A stretch of 63,584 bases of DNA, counting the filler, from Perkinsus olseni (lineage: Eukaryota), in the NCBI GenBank assembly GCA_013115125.1. It is 6 parts of 6 records of this genome, joined end to end, with 100 filler letters (N's around TTAATTAATTAA, not from the genome) between each part and the next. Parts side by side here need not be neighbours in the genome. Positions count along the whole stretch, not along the records: positions 35,499 to 47,227 come from JABANN010000820.1; positions 47,328 to 59,023 come from JABANN010000821.1; 4 more parts are not named here. The stretch is one strand, 5' to 3'. Shown piece by piece: positions 37,303-51,300 of this stretch. The position numbers and the translations under genes were made by a program. How positions within the stretch are numbered: the stretch's first letter is position 1; each line of letters begins with the position of its first letter. The notes below the pieces were generated by a model, which was not told where the DNA came from, did no database searches, and was given only the letters and a program-made list of their open reading frames with translations.

Positions 37303-39385
37303 TTATAGCAGATGGCTCTTCTCGAGGTGTCTGAACTTGCGGTACACGGCAACACCAACGCTGATGATTGCCAGGAGACAAACAACGGCCAACCACACTG
37401 AGCAGAGACAAATTGATACAGACGACAGATGCTGCTTCTTACGAAGAGTGTTTCCGGAGCTCTCTAATTCATCCTTCATCTTCTGCGCTCTCCGCTCAAC
37501 CTCCGCCAGTGACGACGACCCCGGATTCGAGTGCTGAGGGTTACAGTGATACGATGGTGGACTTCGCACACATGACTCACCATGCTCGCCAGTCCTTGCT
37601 CTAGCATATCGAGATCGTGCTTCCTACCGCGACTCGAGTCTGCAGCCTGAACGCAAGCGAGATGGGCCTCACCAACGATTCTCATTCAGAGAAGCAGCCT
37701 TCGTTACCTCACGAGAGATCTCCATCAATTCTTGTTTCATATTCCGGAACTGCTCGGCCATATCATCATTACCACTGACCTCAACGTCTCTCTGTAGGCG
37801 GTCTAGGGTCTGCTTCAAGGCTCTAGCTCGCACCTGGCCACCACGGTAAATCAGTCCACTCGGAGTTGCGTCTGGCTAAGACTCACCTCCAACTCTTTCA
37901 TCCCTTGCTCAGTTCTCCAACGCATCGGCTCGAGCTCCGTGATAACCCTATACGCGGTTAGCTTCAAGTCGTTCAGAGAAGATATCAGAGAATCCTTCGA
38001 ACCTACAGCACGGGAGAACGTTAGTCCGCGAGGCCACTTGAGACACTCACTATCAACAGCCTTCTCCCCAATGGGGTCTGGACGGGACTCCACTTCGGAC
38101 GGCTCGGGAGCGGTCTCAGCGTCTTCACCCCTGCAAGAATACGAGGATTATTCCAAATGAATCGAGAGTGCAGAACATACTTCTGGCTGAGATCATGGTT
38201 GAAGACATGGAGACTGTCAAGGGCCACGTAGTCCACCAAATTGATAATCTGTCCGCCAACTGGCGCGACCAACGACGTAATACCGATGTATCTGAGTAAG
38301 CACTGGATGCTGTCTCGAGATGAGAGATGACTCCCTACCCGTTGGGGCGGATTCGGAACTTAGGGTCGGTGACTTGATAATTGATTAACAGTGTCCAGGG
38401 ATCGGTATCCTGATTGCAAGTTGATAACCGACACGAAGCTTACGCCACAGCAGGGCTCACCGAGAATCGTCCCTGTACGGTGACCGACTCTGGCTGCACT
38501 CTAACCTGGACGGTCAGCCTACGGTTCCTGTAGTCCCAGAAGGAGCCATAACCTGCGGGAGTTTCGTATTCAAACTTGACCTAGCGAGCGACATTACCAG
38601 TGGGGAGATCCACTTGACGATTGTAGACCAAAGTGCCGTCGTTCATGGCGAGGGATGCGCTTGGCTGGAGGTCCATCCGGCCGTCAACGAAACGGTTATT
38701 AGGGAAGAATATCGCCATACCATTGAAGTTGCTTTTATAGCCCATCAAGCCGAAACCTGCGCAATGACACAGCTCAGCGATCCATTCGAAGCGTAGAGCA
38801 GGCTTGGGGTGCTCTGTGAGTGGCATCGCCTTACCAGCATTCTCGAGGATGGCCGTGCAACGATCCTTGCAATGTAGCGCTTCCCTCGGGTACTGGGTCT
38901 TGGGATCGTCGTACACATACCAGAAGGCGAAACCCTAAAATAACTAAGTTCCGCGGAGGCGAGAGAGGGTGGAGCCATCACCTGCTCGTGCTTGGGATCA
39001 GATCCATCCGGAGGGTTCTTCAAGTCGAGTGTGAACGTTGCCTCGAAGTTATCAGTACGCAATGGAGACCTGAATGGCAGTGAGCCGAGCGAGTTCGGCA
39101 GCAGCCGCGATCGTACTTGTGCCACAGTGCACCAAATTTATCGGCCGTCCTTGGCGTGAGCACTATGTGGTTGTTCTCGGGGATGCAGGTACCCATGGAC
39201 TCCCAACGCTGATTGAACACTGCTGGGTCCAGGGCCTGCGAAACAACAATACGACAACGACCTCAACTACTCAGAGCCCTTACTTGAGTAAAGGAGTGCG
39301 ACTCGAGCTGGACCTGTCCATAAACGACATCAGCGAGAAGGAGTAGGAGCGGAGGGGCAGCTAGCAGCTGCTTCGGATTGAGCAT
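37303..39385 (-). CDS. ERGIC-53/VIP36-like L-type lectin cargo receptor, multi-exon
   Basis: Signal peptide MLNPKQLLAAPPLLLLLA; VLTPRTADKFGALWH, FEATF, GFAFWY, GYKSNFNGMAIFF and AMNDGT; coiled-coil stalk, one TM helix and tail RKFRHLEKSHLL. Confidence 0.8.
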
Positions 39386-39513
39386 ACGGATGACAAGATG
39401 TAAAAACTGAGAGACTCAACCGGATGATTGAGGGCACTCAAACTCGAACATCGAAGGACTCACCGGGAACATCAGCACACCGATCTACCGCTCATGCCAC
39501 AAATAAAAGCACA

Positions 39514-42231
39514 CTACTGTGTACCACGACGATGACCTCTTCTTGCGGGAGTCTGTGCCGCGAGACCATTGCCCTCCGTAGGAACACCGGATTCGGTCCG
39601 ATCGTGCAACAAGAAGACTTTGGTAGCCTTGGCGCTTTCCAAAAGGGGCCTCAACACTCCTGCTATGACTTTCTGAAGATCTTGTGTGAGGACAGAAGGA
39701 GCCCCAGCCGCTTGGGAGTTCTCAATGGAGACGTAGGAGGCTAACAGGCTTATGGTCTCCGCCACAGCAGCACTGTCCTGCCCATCCGCGAGGCACCTTC
39801 GGAGGGCACCCAATCTACTACGGTATTGTCGGCCGGTATGCTCTGCTCTCGGATCGGCCGAACGCTGCAGAGAATTAGCGTGCCCTTCGAGGCCTAGCGT
39901 TATCAAGGCCTCAACCACGAACTCGGAGATCGCCGAGCTGTTGCCACCGCCCTCCGCTGGTGATAGCGTCGCCCGTCGCATCCCTACCTCCATAGAAAAG
40001 TCGATAAAGCCAACATATGCTGGGCCATCATCTGCCATGAAGCTCCAGCTGATATCAGACCCAGCAGCCACAACACAGGCTGTGTGTCGCAGTAGACCAG
40101 TGTAGTCGCCATCAGCGTTCATGAACGCAATGGCCGCTTCCTCTATGGAATTCACTTGGTGGCCCGAGAAACTCCCCAGCTTCTTTTCCCAGCCTTCCAT
40201 CAACGCCTGAATGAGCCTCGAGTCTAATTCACTCTGAACAATTGGACTTTTGTACTGACTCGGCCTCCTAACACACTCCTGAACCACCCAGACATCAGCG
40301 TCCTTGATCGCGGCCACTACTTGATCGGCTACATCATCCGAGAAAAGGTCGTAAGTTAACTTGAGGGCGGCAGCAGACTCGGACCGCCTCACCCCGAAGC
40401 TCCTAGTATCGTGCTTGTACTTGCTGCGACGACGCAGGAGCTGGCGGAAGTAGAGCATTATCCGAAACTCCGAGAAGGGCGTCTTGCCCAGCAGGGCATG
40501 GACCAGCGTACAGCATGTGCTACAGCAGCCGGACACGGGAGCGGCAGCGGCGCTGAACCGTGAGCTGGAGGCCACCTTCGGAGTCCGCCAGTGTATCAGA
40601 CTTCGTACCAGCTGCAAGGACCTCTCCATGATGACTGATGGGACACCGTGCTGCCGACGCATGAAGGCCATGACGTACAAGCTGACAGATCTAGGACAGT
40701 CACCGATGGTACTGAGCTGGGCAGCGAGGGAGTCGTAGAGCCGAGCAATGACAGTGTGCAGTTCGCTGTGGCTCAAGAGGGTCTCTCGGACAGGATCCGT
40801 GGATTTCGAACTCGGGGCGTTCAACAGGGAGAAGTCGATTAACCTCACGAAGTCGCTGCGGAAAAGCTCGTCCGCTTCGAAGTCCTCAGCCTGGACCGCC
40901 CCTCGATCACTCGAAGCCTCAGACATAGAGCAGCTAGACGCCGTCGGAGAGGATGTCTCTGAGTCACTCCGATCCGTGAGAGACTCCACTTGAACCGAGA
41001 AATCTTTCGCACTAGGGACGGTAGTCTGCACGGCTGCCTCAATCGAGTTATGGTCAATGGTCTGCACCTCGACTGCGCAGCTTGGCGGACAGACAATCTG
41101 CACCGCTCGGTCACTCCCATCCGGGCAAGTCATAATATCCCTCGCAGGAACCCCTGAGAATGTCAGCTCACCGCCCTCGACAGAGGCATGGGCGGCGATA
41201 ACCCTGAGGGCTCCTATAAGCTCGCGAGGTACAGCTGGCGTCACGGAGCTCGGGAAGAAGCAGGGGTCGACCGCGGATTCCAGCAGCAGTTTGGCCAACG
41301 CACAGCACCACTCCTCCTTCTGCGGACAGGCCGCAACCTCTGTCGATACACAGGCATCCTGGCACTCCTTCTGTAGTCCTCCTTTGACCTTGCCCTTCAA
41401 GACGTCGTTAGCAACACGTAGCCGAGCCGCTTCGTCACCATACTCCGCCAAACGGCTGCGCAGTTCCGCTTCGACAACCTTCGCCCGGAGTGCCACGGCT
41501 GTCATCGATTCTGCCCGCTCCTTTGCTGCCGCAACTTCCTTCAACAAGGCATCTACTCTTTCCCGCGCTCTATGTCGCTCAGCACGCAGCTCATTGACAG
41601 CGGTGCAGAGCTGAGCACTCATACCGTGCCGTAAGACCTTAATCATCTCCCAGAGCACTTGACCACGCTCTCGACATTCTCGACCCAGATCTGAGATACA
41701 TAACAAATCTAATGGCAAGTCCTTCCAAAGCAGGCCTACCTTCAGCCAGAGCAGTCAGAGACGGAATAATGGAGAATACAGCTCGTTGACACCGTCCGAG
41801 CCGGTCGATCGACGAGACGGCGGAGCTCTCAGATGCAATACTTTGCATACTGTACTCAATCTGGGTTAGGAAGTGCAGTGCCTGAAAAGACGGTATAATG
41901 AAGGGCACGAAACTGGAGCTCCAGATTACTCTCTCGCGAGCACCCTCGTACGGTATGGTCATTGTCTCCAACTCGCACCAGCCTTCAGCGTGATTGCCCA
42001 GCAAATCATTAACATTCTTTCGTTTGATACCACCGTACCGTAGAGGGGGCTCCAGTCGCTCAACTGCCTGTAGACGGAAGCGCATAAGCAAAGTATTCGG
42101 CCTGCCAGATACTTAGCCTACTGTCGAGCTCCCCCAGCACCTCATCGGAGCGTTCGGGACATCAGGCTCCGGACTGGCATCCAGAGCTCGAAGAACGGCA
42201 CAAGTGACGTTGCTGCTGCTGCGGACTACCA
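39514..42231 (-). CDS. large hypothetical coiled-coil protein
   Basis: 734-aa ORF plus upstream exons; N-terminal heptads; AFMRRQHGVPSVIMERSLQLVRSL is a loosely TSNAXIP1-like helical motif. Confidence 0.6.
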
Positions 42232-42587
42232 TCGTCTCACAAGGACCGCTACTGCGCCGAGGCATGCATTGACAAGAATGATGAATGCTCTAATGGCGAG
42301 ATGAAAGGAAGCACAACAGAGCCCAAATCGTACGCAACATCCCAAGTGATTGTAGGGGCCTTCCGCAAATTAGAAGGCAAAAAGTGGAGTTACCGAAAAA
42401 GAAACAGATTGGATACACCTTGTAGAGCTTGGGACCACTGACTGGCGCCTAATGGCCTGAGTATGATGATGATGGAGGTATGCAGGGAAGCACAGTACTC
42501 CACTGCTGTCTCTACTACTGCTGCTCCTCGTGATGACGGAAGGGCGAGATGAATGCTGTTAGCATCGCCGAGAAAAAATAGCCTCTG

Positions 42588-45500
42588 TTAGTAGTAGTAG
42601 TTGTTAGATGACGTCAAAACTCTCAGGAGTAGTCGTTCGAGAGTTACGGCTTTTAGTGATGGCGACGCTGCTGTTGAGGGCCTCGATGCCTCCCTTGCCT
42701 TGAGTGCGGTAATGAGTTGTAGTTCGTAAGGTCGATCGGGAGGACTCCGGACTGAGCAGATGGAGACAGCTGAGTAAACTCGAGCGCTTAGTAGAGAGCG
42801 CCCACGTGATGCAGTGGGAGACGAGAGCCCGGTACTACCTCCATGCCGTTGTTCCAGGATACAGCCATCGTACCTGCAGCTGGGTTGACGCTGTCCAGCT
42901 GCAGGATTGTCCCGACCGGTGGAGCGCCTGGCCTCATGGACTGTGCCACTACCATCTGAAATCACACAATGTTGAGATAACGCAGCTAAAATAATCCTCA
43001 AAGGACACGCACCAGTTGTTGATCCATCTGCTGCTGCTGGCCTCCCCTGTTCACAGGAAGCATCCCGCCCCGCTGGGCTTCGAGCTTGGCCGCCAACTCA
43101 CTCATGGCCGATCTCGGACGACTGCAAAACATTTAGATATGCGGCTGAGCGGCGACTCAACTAGAGCGCCTCACCTTGCCTGACCAGACATTGCCGCGGC
43201 CTTCGCCTGCGGTTGCTGCTGCTGTTGCTGTTGAGCCTGCTGCGCTCTCGGGCTGTTGAAAACGCTCGTTGGTACCCATCCGGGCTGTGGCTGAGCTCTG
43301 AGGAACGAAGCAGCAATACTGGGTAACAAGGATGAGGACAGGCGACTCACGTGCGGACGTTCATCGCCCATGCCCACAGTCCATCGGGAGATACGGACTT
43401 CACCATCATCACATCCCCAGTATCAACACGCAATTGGTTGGGGTCAGTAGGGTGCCAGAAACACCGTGCGACATGCCTGAGGGGAGACAGCTGAGCACCG
43501 AGGAAGCACCACCCTGCATTCTTACTGCGAGTTAGCTGCCAACTGGGGTCCGCCACTTCCCGCTGTCTGCTGCTGCTGCTGTTGCTTCTGTACCGCCTCT
43601 AGTAGCCGTGCTTGCTGCTGAAGCAGCTGCTGCTGCTGCTGCTGCTGCTGTTGTGAGTCCACCGCAGGAGTTGCGGCCGCCTTCGCTTTGGGGGCGGCAG
43701 AAGCGGACTTCCCAGGCGATGCTGTGGTCCCAGGTGCACTCGATGATACCGCTGGGGAACTCTTGGCCGCTGCTACTGTCTTCATGTGAGCTATCATGGA
43801 CCCGATTGAGGTCACTGTGCGGCAGCGCACCGGGTACCTGGACGGGGGCGATACCAAAAATTCACCGCATCAATGCAACACTACATGAAGGGCTCATTGC
43901 GAGCTATGATCTGACCCGCACGCTGTTGAGAGTCAGCATCGGTGCCCGTCTGCAGCATCAGCACATCCACTTTCCTCATGCTCCCGATCTAACAGTCACA
44001 TGAGCCTTCCTACTACCACTACCAGCGATCCACCAGTACTACCAAAGCGGCTGAGACCCCTCTGAGGAGCGACTCACAGAAGAGAACGCCGACCACAGCA
44101 TTCCCTTCTCCCGCGGCCTTCGCTTTAGTTTGCTCAATAGCGCTCACAAATTGATCGGAGGTAGCCGCGGACTCCGGTGGTGTGTCGGGGCTACGAAAGA
44201 AGACCCCAATGATGGTGTTGCAACGAACCTACCCTCTACCCTTACCCGAGGTCCCGTTCGTCCGCTTTGATAGGCACCAACTGCCACTGGTTGAGGACCT
44301 ACTTGCAGTAGATGCGCCCATTCACAAGGACACGCCGCCCTTCTTACATTCCCAATCTCCTCTGTAGACATCTGGTCCTCAACACTAGCACTAGTAGCCA
44401 AATTTTTCAAAGCGACAAGATCCGATATCAAAAATATCTTCGGAGCGAGGCTACTAGGGGTAGGTCGGGGCGTTGATGCGGCCGGAGCAGCGGTAGCCAC
44501 CTCGGGTTTCTGGGCGGTAGGTGCCGGAGCCGGGGTTTGAACCTGCGGGCATCGTAATGCCATACGCAAGAAGTACCCCAAGTATCTTACCTGTGGTGCC
44601 TTTGCCGCGGGCATCCTCACTGCCGTTGATGCCTTGGGTGCAGCTGGCCTGGGCGCTGAAGCCGCGGGCTTGAATTCAGGTGCATCGGCCCGCAAATGAG
44701 AAGCACCTTACAAGGAGCCCTTACTCAACCCTGAAGCCCCAACCAACTCACTCGGTTGCTGTGGCTGTTGCTGACCATCCCTTGGCGACGCAGTAGCTGA
44801 CCCCCCTCCTTGCTTCCTCTGTTTAATCTCATAGGACACAAGCCGGGGCTTCAGATCGAACATGGTCTCAACCTCACCGTTGCTGACGAGCTCGTCAATG
44901 ACGGAGGACTCTGTAGGGTTAGAAGCTCCCCAGAGCGACGCAGCAACTCAGACCTCACCCTTCTCGGCCTTCTCTGTCGCAGCCTTATTGCGCTCGATCA
45001 TGTCTTGCAGCGACATCTGTATCGGTCGGCCACCACGAACCAGCTCCGTGCCTTCCGGGCAACCGAAGACGTGAAGTCCCTGAGGAGAACCGATGGTCAC
45101 GAGGCTGGCGTCACGAAGTGAATCACACAACTCTACCATAGGTGCACGATTCTGATGGGGTAACATGTTATCAACAAAACCCTGGGTCTTGGCATCCGAC
45201 ACATCCCCAACCTTCAAAAGGAATTGGCCTGAAAGAAGCAGCTGCTGCGGCCTTTCAATGGCGATCGATTTGTTCAATAGTGGCCAAGGCGACACCCACA
45301 GTACCGGTGAGAGGCTTCCCTTGAAAGATCTTCCGGAACATGCGAGCTAATCCTTCTGATAGAAAATTGATAAAAGCATAGCCTGAACCACGACGAAAAT
45401 AACGACTACGCAAGACGACAGGGGTCCCTACCCTTGGTTTTCACGCCCGGTTGGGACGGTGGTGTCCTCTCGTGGGGCATGAAGAGGAAGTCATAGGCAC

Positions 45501-45968
45501 CTGAGACATGATAAAGGTCGACAGTAGCACCAGCAGTAGTAGTGGTGACGCTACCCTTAAAGCCCTCCTGATTTATAATAGCTATGAGATCCAACGACCC
45601 GAGGTCATTAGGAACATTCCGGAGCATCACTGTGGTACGTCTGGGAGCTGACGAAGCAACGAACAACATAGTACTGCGGCGAGCCAGGTGGGGCACTAGA
45701 CTTACCTGCTGCAGCCGGAGCGGCCAATAGCTGTCTTCCTCCTCCAAGCCTCATCTCGCCCCCTAGCTGTGCGCCTTTCGTAGTGCCTGTGATAAGACCG
45801 TACGTGGTGACACAGCACGAGGGCAGTATCACCACCGAACATCCTGAACAGAGCATCAGTTCCTCCTCCATCTGTTGTTGAGTGACCAGAGTCCATTTGA
45901 GAACCTGCTGCCGTAGTAGTGGAGGCCGAAACTGGTCTTGAGACGTTCTCTCGTGGGTTGGACATGGC
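42588..45968 (-). CDS. Mei2-like RRM protein with PAM2 motif and Gln/Ala-rich C-terminus, multi-exon
   Basis: RTTVMLRNVPN, YDFLFMP, GYAFINF and AKTQG (Mei2 RRM); LRADAPEFKP (PAM2); single-gene linkage inferred from splice sites. Confidence 0.75.
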
Positions 45969-46284
45969 AGCAGATAAAAGGACTTGCAACAGATGATCAT
46001 ACACCTTCGCGGTGGACGATTAAGCTCGGGCGAACAACGCGCGATAGCTGACGGTTTAACTCGTGGTAAAACGGTCACAACAGGAACGATATGGTGTAGA
46101 CTGGGCATTCTTCTCGGTAGGGCTTCTCGACGGCAGCCGCCAGTGGCGATTTGTCCGTCGAGCCAGCGGGAGGAGGAATTGAGCCTTGAGGTTCTCCCAA
46201 GGTTTAAATTACCGTCCCTCAAATTCCTGTAGGGTGGCATGTAGATCATGCTTGCAGCTGAGCCTACCACACCGTTAACCTTGC

Positions 46285-47015
46285 ATGACCCTCGGCCCCT
46301 ACAATGGCACCGATATAATCCGCAATCCCTTTCTGATACTACTCATAGGCGCTTGCATCGTGACCCTCACTCTGCTGGGTAAGATGGCCCTGACGGCTCC
46401 CCCCGGTCACTACTGGCGAGGGGCCATCATCCCTCAAACCCTGGGCTGCCTGTGCTGTCTACTTCTATGGTTCGTCTTTGACGGCTCGGACGTCTTCGTA
46501 CCGATCATATTCGCCGTACCCACGAGTGGCCCAGTTCTCGCGGCTTTATTGGTATGGTGGGAGAAGAAGTCCGAGGCAGATAAGGCCAAGGCCTTAGTGG
46601 ACGCTGCTGCCGAGGTGGTCGATAAGGTGGCTGTTGCTTCCGAGCCTACTTCCACTCATTTCGACAGCAACCTCAGTACCATGCAACCCGAGTATCATCT
46701 AAACTCCGCACCCGAGGTACGTTGAGTAATTGCCTTCTGCCCGTTAACGTTATTTAGGTTATTGACCGATTGACGGCCTCGTCGAGGCTTGGAGGACTTG
46801 TGCAAACTGCGCACTCCCCTTCGACCCCCGTCATCCTATTGCCGAGGTTATCTACGACCAGGACCATCGACTCTGAGGAGGGCGACCTAGAGAGCGGTTA
46901 CGTCACTCCTCGAGATTATAGGGTGACCCAGTGCAAGCCCATTCCTGCGCCAAGCCCACCCGCATGGTACTCTTTCAGATACGTACCTATCCGCCCTTCC
47001 TCCCAATTGAGTTGA
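46285..47015 (+). CDS. hypothetical membrane protein (probably a downstream part of a spliced gene)
   Basis: 146-aa ORF with three hydrophobic segments and a plausible following exon. Confidence 0.45.
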
Positions 47016-48319
47016 GGACTCTCGCAGCCGCTTCGTGCGTCTGACCCACCCTTGTTTCCATGTTCACTACTGTCATCTGCAGAACCCGTCTAGGGCTTCA
47101 AGCCGAGCATTTCTGGCGCACTAGCGCTTCTTTCTTTCAGTATAAAGGCAGCGTTGTCACAGTGTGATGACTACGTGCAACTTGCAAGACTCTGACGGTT
47201 TCAAGATACCGTCTCTGCACCACTGACNNNNNNNNNNNNNNNNNNNNNNNNNNNNNNNNNNNNNNNNNNNNTTAATTAATTAANNNNNNNNNNNNNNNNN
47301 NNNNNNNNNNNNNNNNNNNNNNNNNNNACAGATTTCAAGATCGGACCATTACCCGGAGCCCTATAGGTTACAGAGATGTTGATATGTTTGAGTTCTCGAA
47401 CCCATGATTGATTCTGGTCGAGTTGTAGCGTCTCAGTTGACTGCCTTCTCACTACAGTTGATATGTTTGATATCTGTAGGAATTGCTTTGTATTCACCGC
47501 ACGCGCGTCACATGGTGCGTCAATTGGTCGAATTGGGCTGAGAACTCTGCGGCAGAGTCTCAGCCGGTCGAGAACTTCAACCTGGAGTTATGAAGGGCAC
47601 TCAAGCCGAGGTGACACAGGCAATTACTGAACTTCACCGCAGTGGAGGTTGTGTCCCACGCATTGAGTGGGTCGATCGACCCCGCTATTTCAAGGCTGTG
47701 TGAGCCTCACACTGCGAGGCTTTGCAAAATTTGCTATGCAAATCCTTTCCTTCCAACGTTGTGATGAATGTTGCTGGAAACTTAATTTGAGTCACGGGAC
47801 CTTGAGAGTGACAGATTCAAGTTGAATCATTCAACTCTCTGGCCAGGCCAGACTTGCCCTGGAGCCGTCTCAGACGAACCGTCTGTATGTTCGGGAGCTG
47901 CTTCCACCGTTAGCTTCATTGAGTGGAGAAAAAATTCTGGGGTTGCGTATTCTTCAGAGAAATTTCCTCTTGCAGTGTTACCTCTCCCAATAATATGGTA
48001 CGATTGAACATCAATTCAGAGACAGGAAATGACAATTACGCGGTAATAGTTGGTGAGATCTTCATAAAACATGATCGATAGGTCGGGTAGGCGAGTCGAC
48101 CATGAACAGTCTGACATCCCGCAAACCATCGTAGAATAGTAATTCCAGTTCGTAACTGAAATATTACTGTGAGGACTGTGCTCGACTTCTTGTACTTTGG
48201 TCCAAAGTTGCTTGTTAATTGAACTTTTGGTGAAGTCGAGAACGCTTTGAGGCTTATGGCTTTGTTTCGGCGGAAAACGGCGATAGCGAGAGCTCGGTGC
48301 CCCTTGGGGTTTGGGAGAA

Positions 48320-51300
48320 ATGATCCTTTATGATTTCCAAAAGCGGGCTTCGTGTTTGGAATCACAATACTTAGCAGGAAGATGTGAGTTGTATGCGCCG
48401 ATCTTACTCACGCTTCAGTTTCAAGTCATCACCGACCTGAAGCTACGTGCTCGGCGGCAACCATCAGGGGCAACAGTGCTCATATTGGCTGCTACTGATT
48501 GTGATGGAGTTTGCGGAGCTGCAATACTCTCTGTAGTATAGGATACGGATGAGCATCGCATTCGCGGCTGTTCTACTCAGTCACTGCTCACACGAGAAGG
48601 TGTGAAGTTTGCTGTGGAGCCCATCAGCCATATGCTCGAGGCGAGAGCGGCTATCTTTGATATCGCTAGAGCCCGCATGGGACAGGCAGAAGCCACAAGG
48701 CATAGGGATGTTCGAAGTGTATTCGGGGCTGACGGCGTATTGTAGTACAGAAGAAGGCGGACTATACCCTAGTCCTGTGCCCAATCTTTAACGTATCAGT
48801 TCAAACTATATGGTCTAACTTGGGGAGTGTCGCATAAGTGTGACTATCGACATAGTACGGTCAAGTATAAAGGCCGCTTGTGCCCCGTGCAGTCGCACGT
48901 GGAGGAAATAATCATCTCTGCTACTTTTGGCCTGATGTAATTTTTGTCGTTTCTGTCATAACCAATAGTCTTCAGAGCAGATAGCCCTTTCCGATAGTCC
49001 TTACCTTCAGATTGTGATGATTGGGTGCGGCTGTCTCGAGGATTTGGATGGAATTTTGGAGGAGAGTGGGCTCCCTGGAAGTGGAGGCAATGCTGATGAT
49101 TTGGTCATCTACGTTTTTGACTCACATAGGTCGGGTCAAGGGCTCTTGTCCTTGCAGGTTAGGGTAGTAGCCTTTATAGTGAGCTATCTGGATGGATCTG
49201 CCCGCAGCATTAGAGTCAGCATGTAGGGCATTGGAGTACCGGGGAATAATCCGGGATTATTAATCCCTCGGGGATTCTTGTTCTGTTGGGGTATGCGATT
49301 CGAAAAGACTGGATAATTGGTCTTATGGGTCCACGTGGGACTGGCGATGACTGCTCGTTCGCTTGGGTGTGGATGATCTTGATTTGAACTCTAGCCTAGA
49401 ACTCCGACTATCCCCAGGTTCAGGGCAGATCATTAGTTGTCCCCTCGTGGAATGCCTCAGGCCGATCCATCTGAGCAACATATACGAGAAACAAAATCGT
49501 GTCATCGTTATTGACGATGATCAAGATGGGTGAGTCGAACTCAATGACATCTCTGCTCGCTGCGAGGTGGATAGCATGAGACGTGCGGCATGTCACATGC
49601 CGTTCACCGATTTCGATCAGACTAGCTCGGCGCATCTGCCTACTTAGCTGACTAGCTTGCCTTGTGGAGGCACACTGGTGGGAATCCTGCTTTTTCCCGC
49701 GCTCTGTTAGATCTCGCCGATCTCCAGTAGGCTTACTCCATGCACTGCGCATGATGCCGCGAACACTCGCATAAGATAACCTTCTAATGCTCTCAATTCC
49801 CGTCATCTGTGTATCAGCTGGATGTGTCAGGCTCGGGGATACCGGTATACCACCCGAACCTGATGACGACGAAGAAGGTGAAGTGGTCATTATCTCAAGT
49901 GAATTAGCTCAGAACTACAAACGCGATGCCCGCTAGGCGCACTACAAAGAGCGATCCGTTTGTTGACGTTGACAGGCTAGCATTTTAGCGCGGTGATGTG
50001 GTGTTGGAGCTCAGATGCGGAGATCGTATTGGGATCTGACAGATCGACTGGTGGATCTCCCGGCCGACGAGAGCTATTGACAGAGGACTCTGACGACGAA
50101 GATGAGCATAGGTCCGAAACTCGTTCGGATGGAGGCAAGCTACCGAAGAGCCTCTGTGATTGACCATGGGGAACCTTTCATGTTCAGAGCGAGCTGGGAA
50201 GCCACCTCGGGCTAGGACGGGGACCACCCCAGGGGCGAAACAACGCCGAATTGAGATCGGTCTTCAGAGAGAGGCTATGAAGGAAGTGTAAGGGAGCACT
50301 CCAAAATTGAATCGCTCTTTCTAGAACGTAGACCGGTTGCCCCCCTCCCCAATTGTTCGTTAAGGCGCCCGTTCAATGTACCAGGTATTATTATGGGCAT
50401 TATAAAACAACTCCTGCATCCATCATTCTGTAAGATGTACTCCGCGAGTTTTGGGGCTTGCCCGCAGTTCCCCCAAATAGGTATCGAATAGCTGCAGAGC
50501 ACCAATACCGTGGGTTGTCGAATCTGTGGGCAGCCTGTGTTGCCCTTGCAGGAAACTTAGGTGAATGACGACATACTTGTTTATGCATAGCGGATAATAT
50601 TTGGGGAGCAGATTCGGGATCTATGACCGATGCTCGTCATCGGGAGATGAGTTACCAAATTTGCCGGCAGGTAGGCAGCCTACCACAGGTTGAAAGTGGT
50701 TTGTGTTATTTCGACGGGTATTCCTCTGTTTCCACAATGGGCTGACCTTGGATCGGACCGGTGGCATCCACCCAAGACACAGGGACTGAAGGCGACAGAC
50801 CGGGTCTACTTCCACTGTTGTTATCGGAATACGACTAGAGGTTTCAGACGGGGAAAATGCATGCATTCAACCAAGCACGTTCTGTTGCACACACCTCGTT
50901 ACTAATGGCTATGAGGACCGTCCCAATTCGTGACGATCTACTAGTACCTCTGCTCTGGCTTGCCTCTAGAGTCTCTTTCATTCTAGCGAGCATGTCCTGT
51001 CCAAGCTCATCCCGTCGTTCTTAGTTCTGCCAACATTTCGACAATACACATGGAGACGTTCGACCACCGCAGTCGCCGAGGTGAGCCTGCGTGGGGGTCT
51101 GAAAAGAGCACAGGCGTTCGTTTATCGGTTTACAACCGGTGGAGTACCGAGTGTAAGTGAATTTGAAGGACACCTCGTGCATAGTATCCATGTAGTCTGA
51201 TTGGTAAAATCATCTTACATAAAGGTTCCCCTTTCAGTGCGACGGGCGACGGCGAAGCTCGTCTAACTCCCCACCTTCTGGCCAAGGGAGGGGATGGAAG

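Noticed and set aside
37303-38093. Stand-alone SNARE
   Set aside because: The coiled-coil and TM segment are better explained as the stalk and anchor of the upstream L-type lectin.
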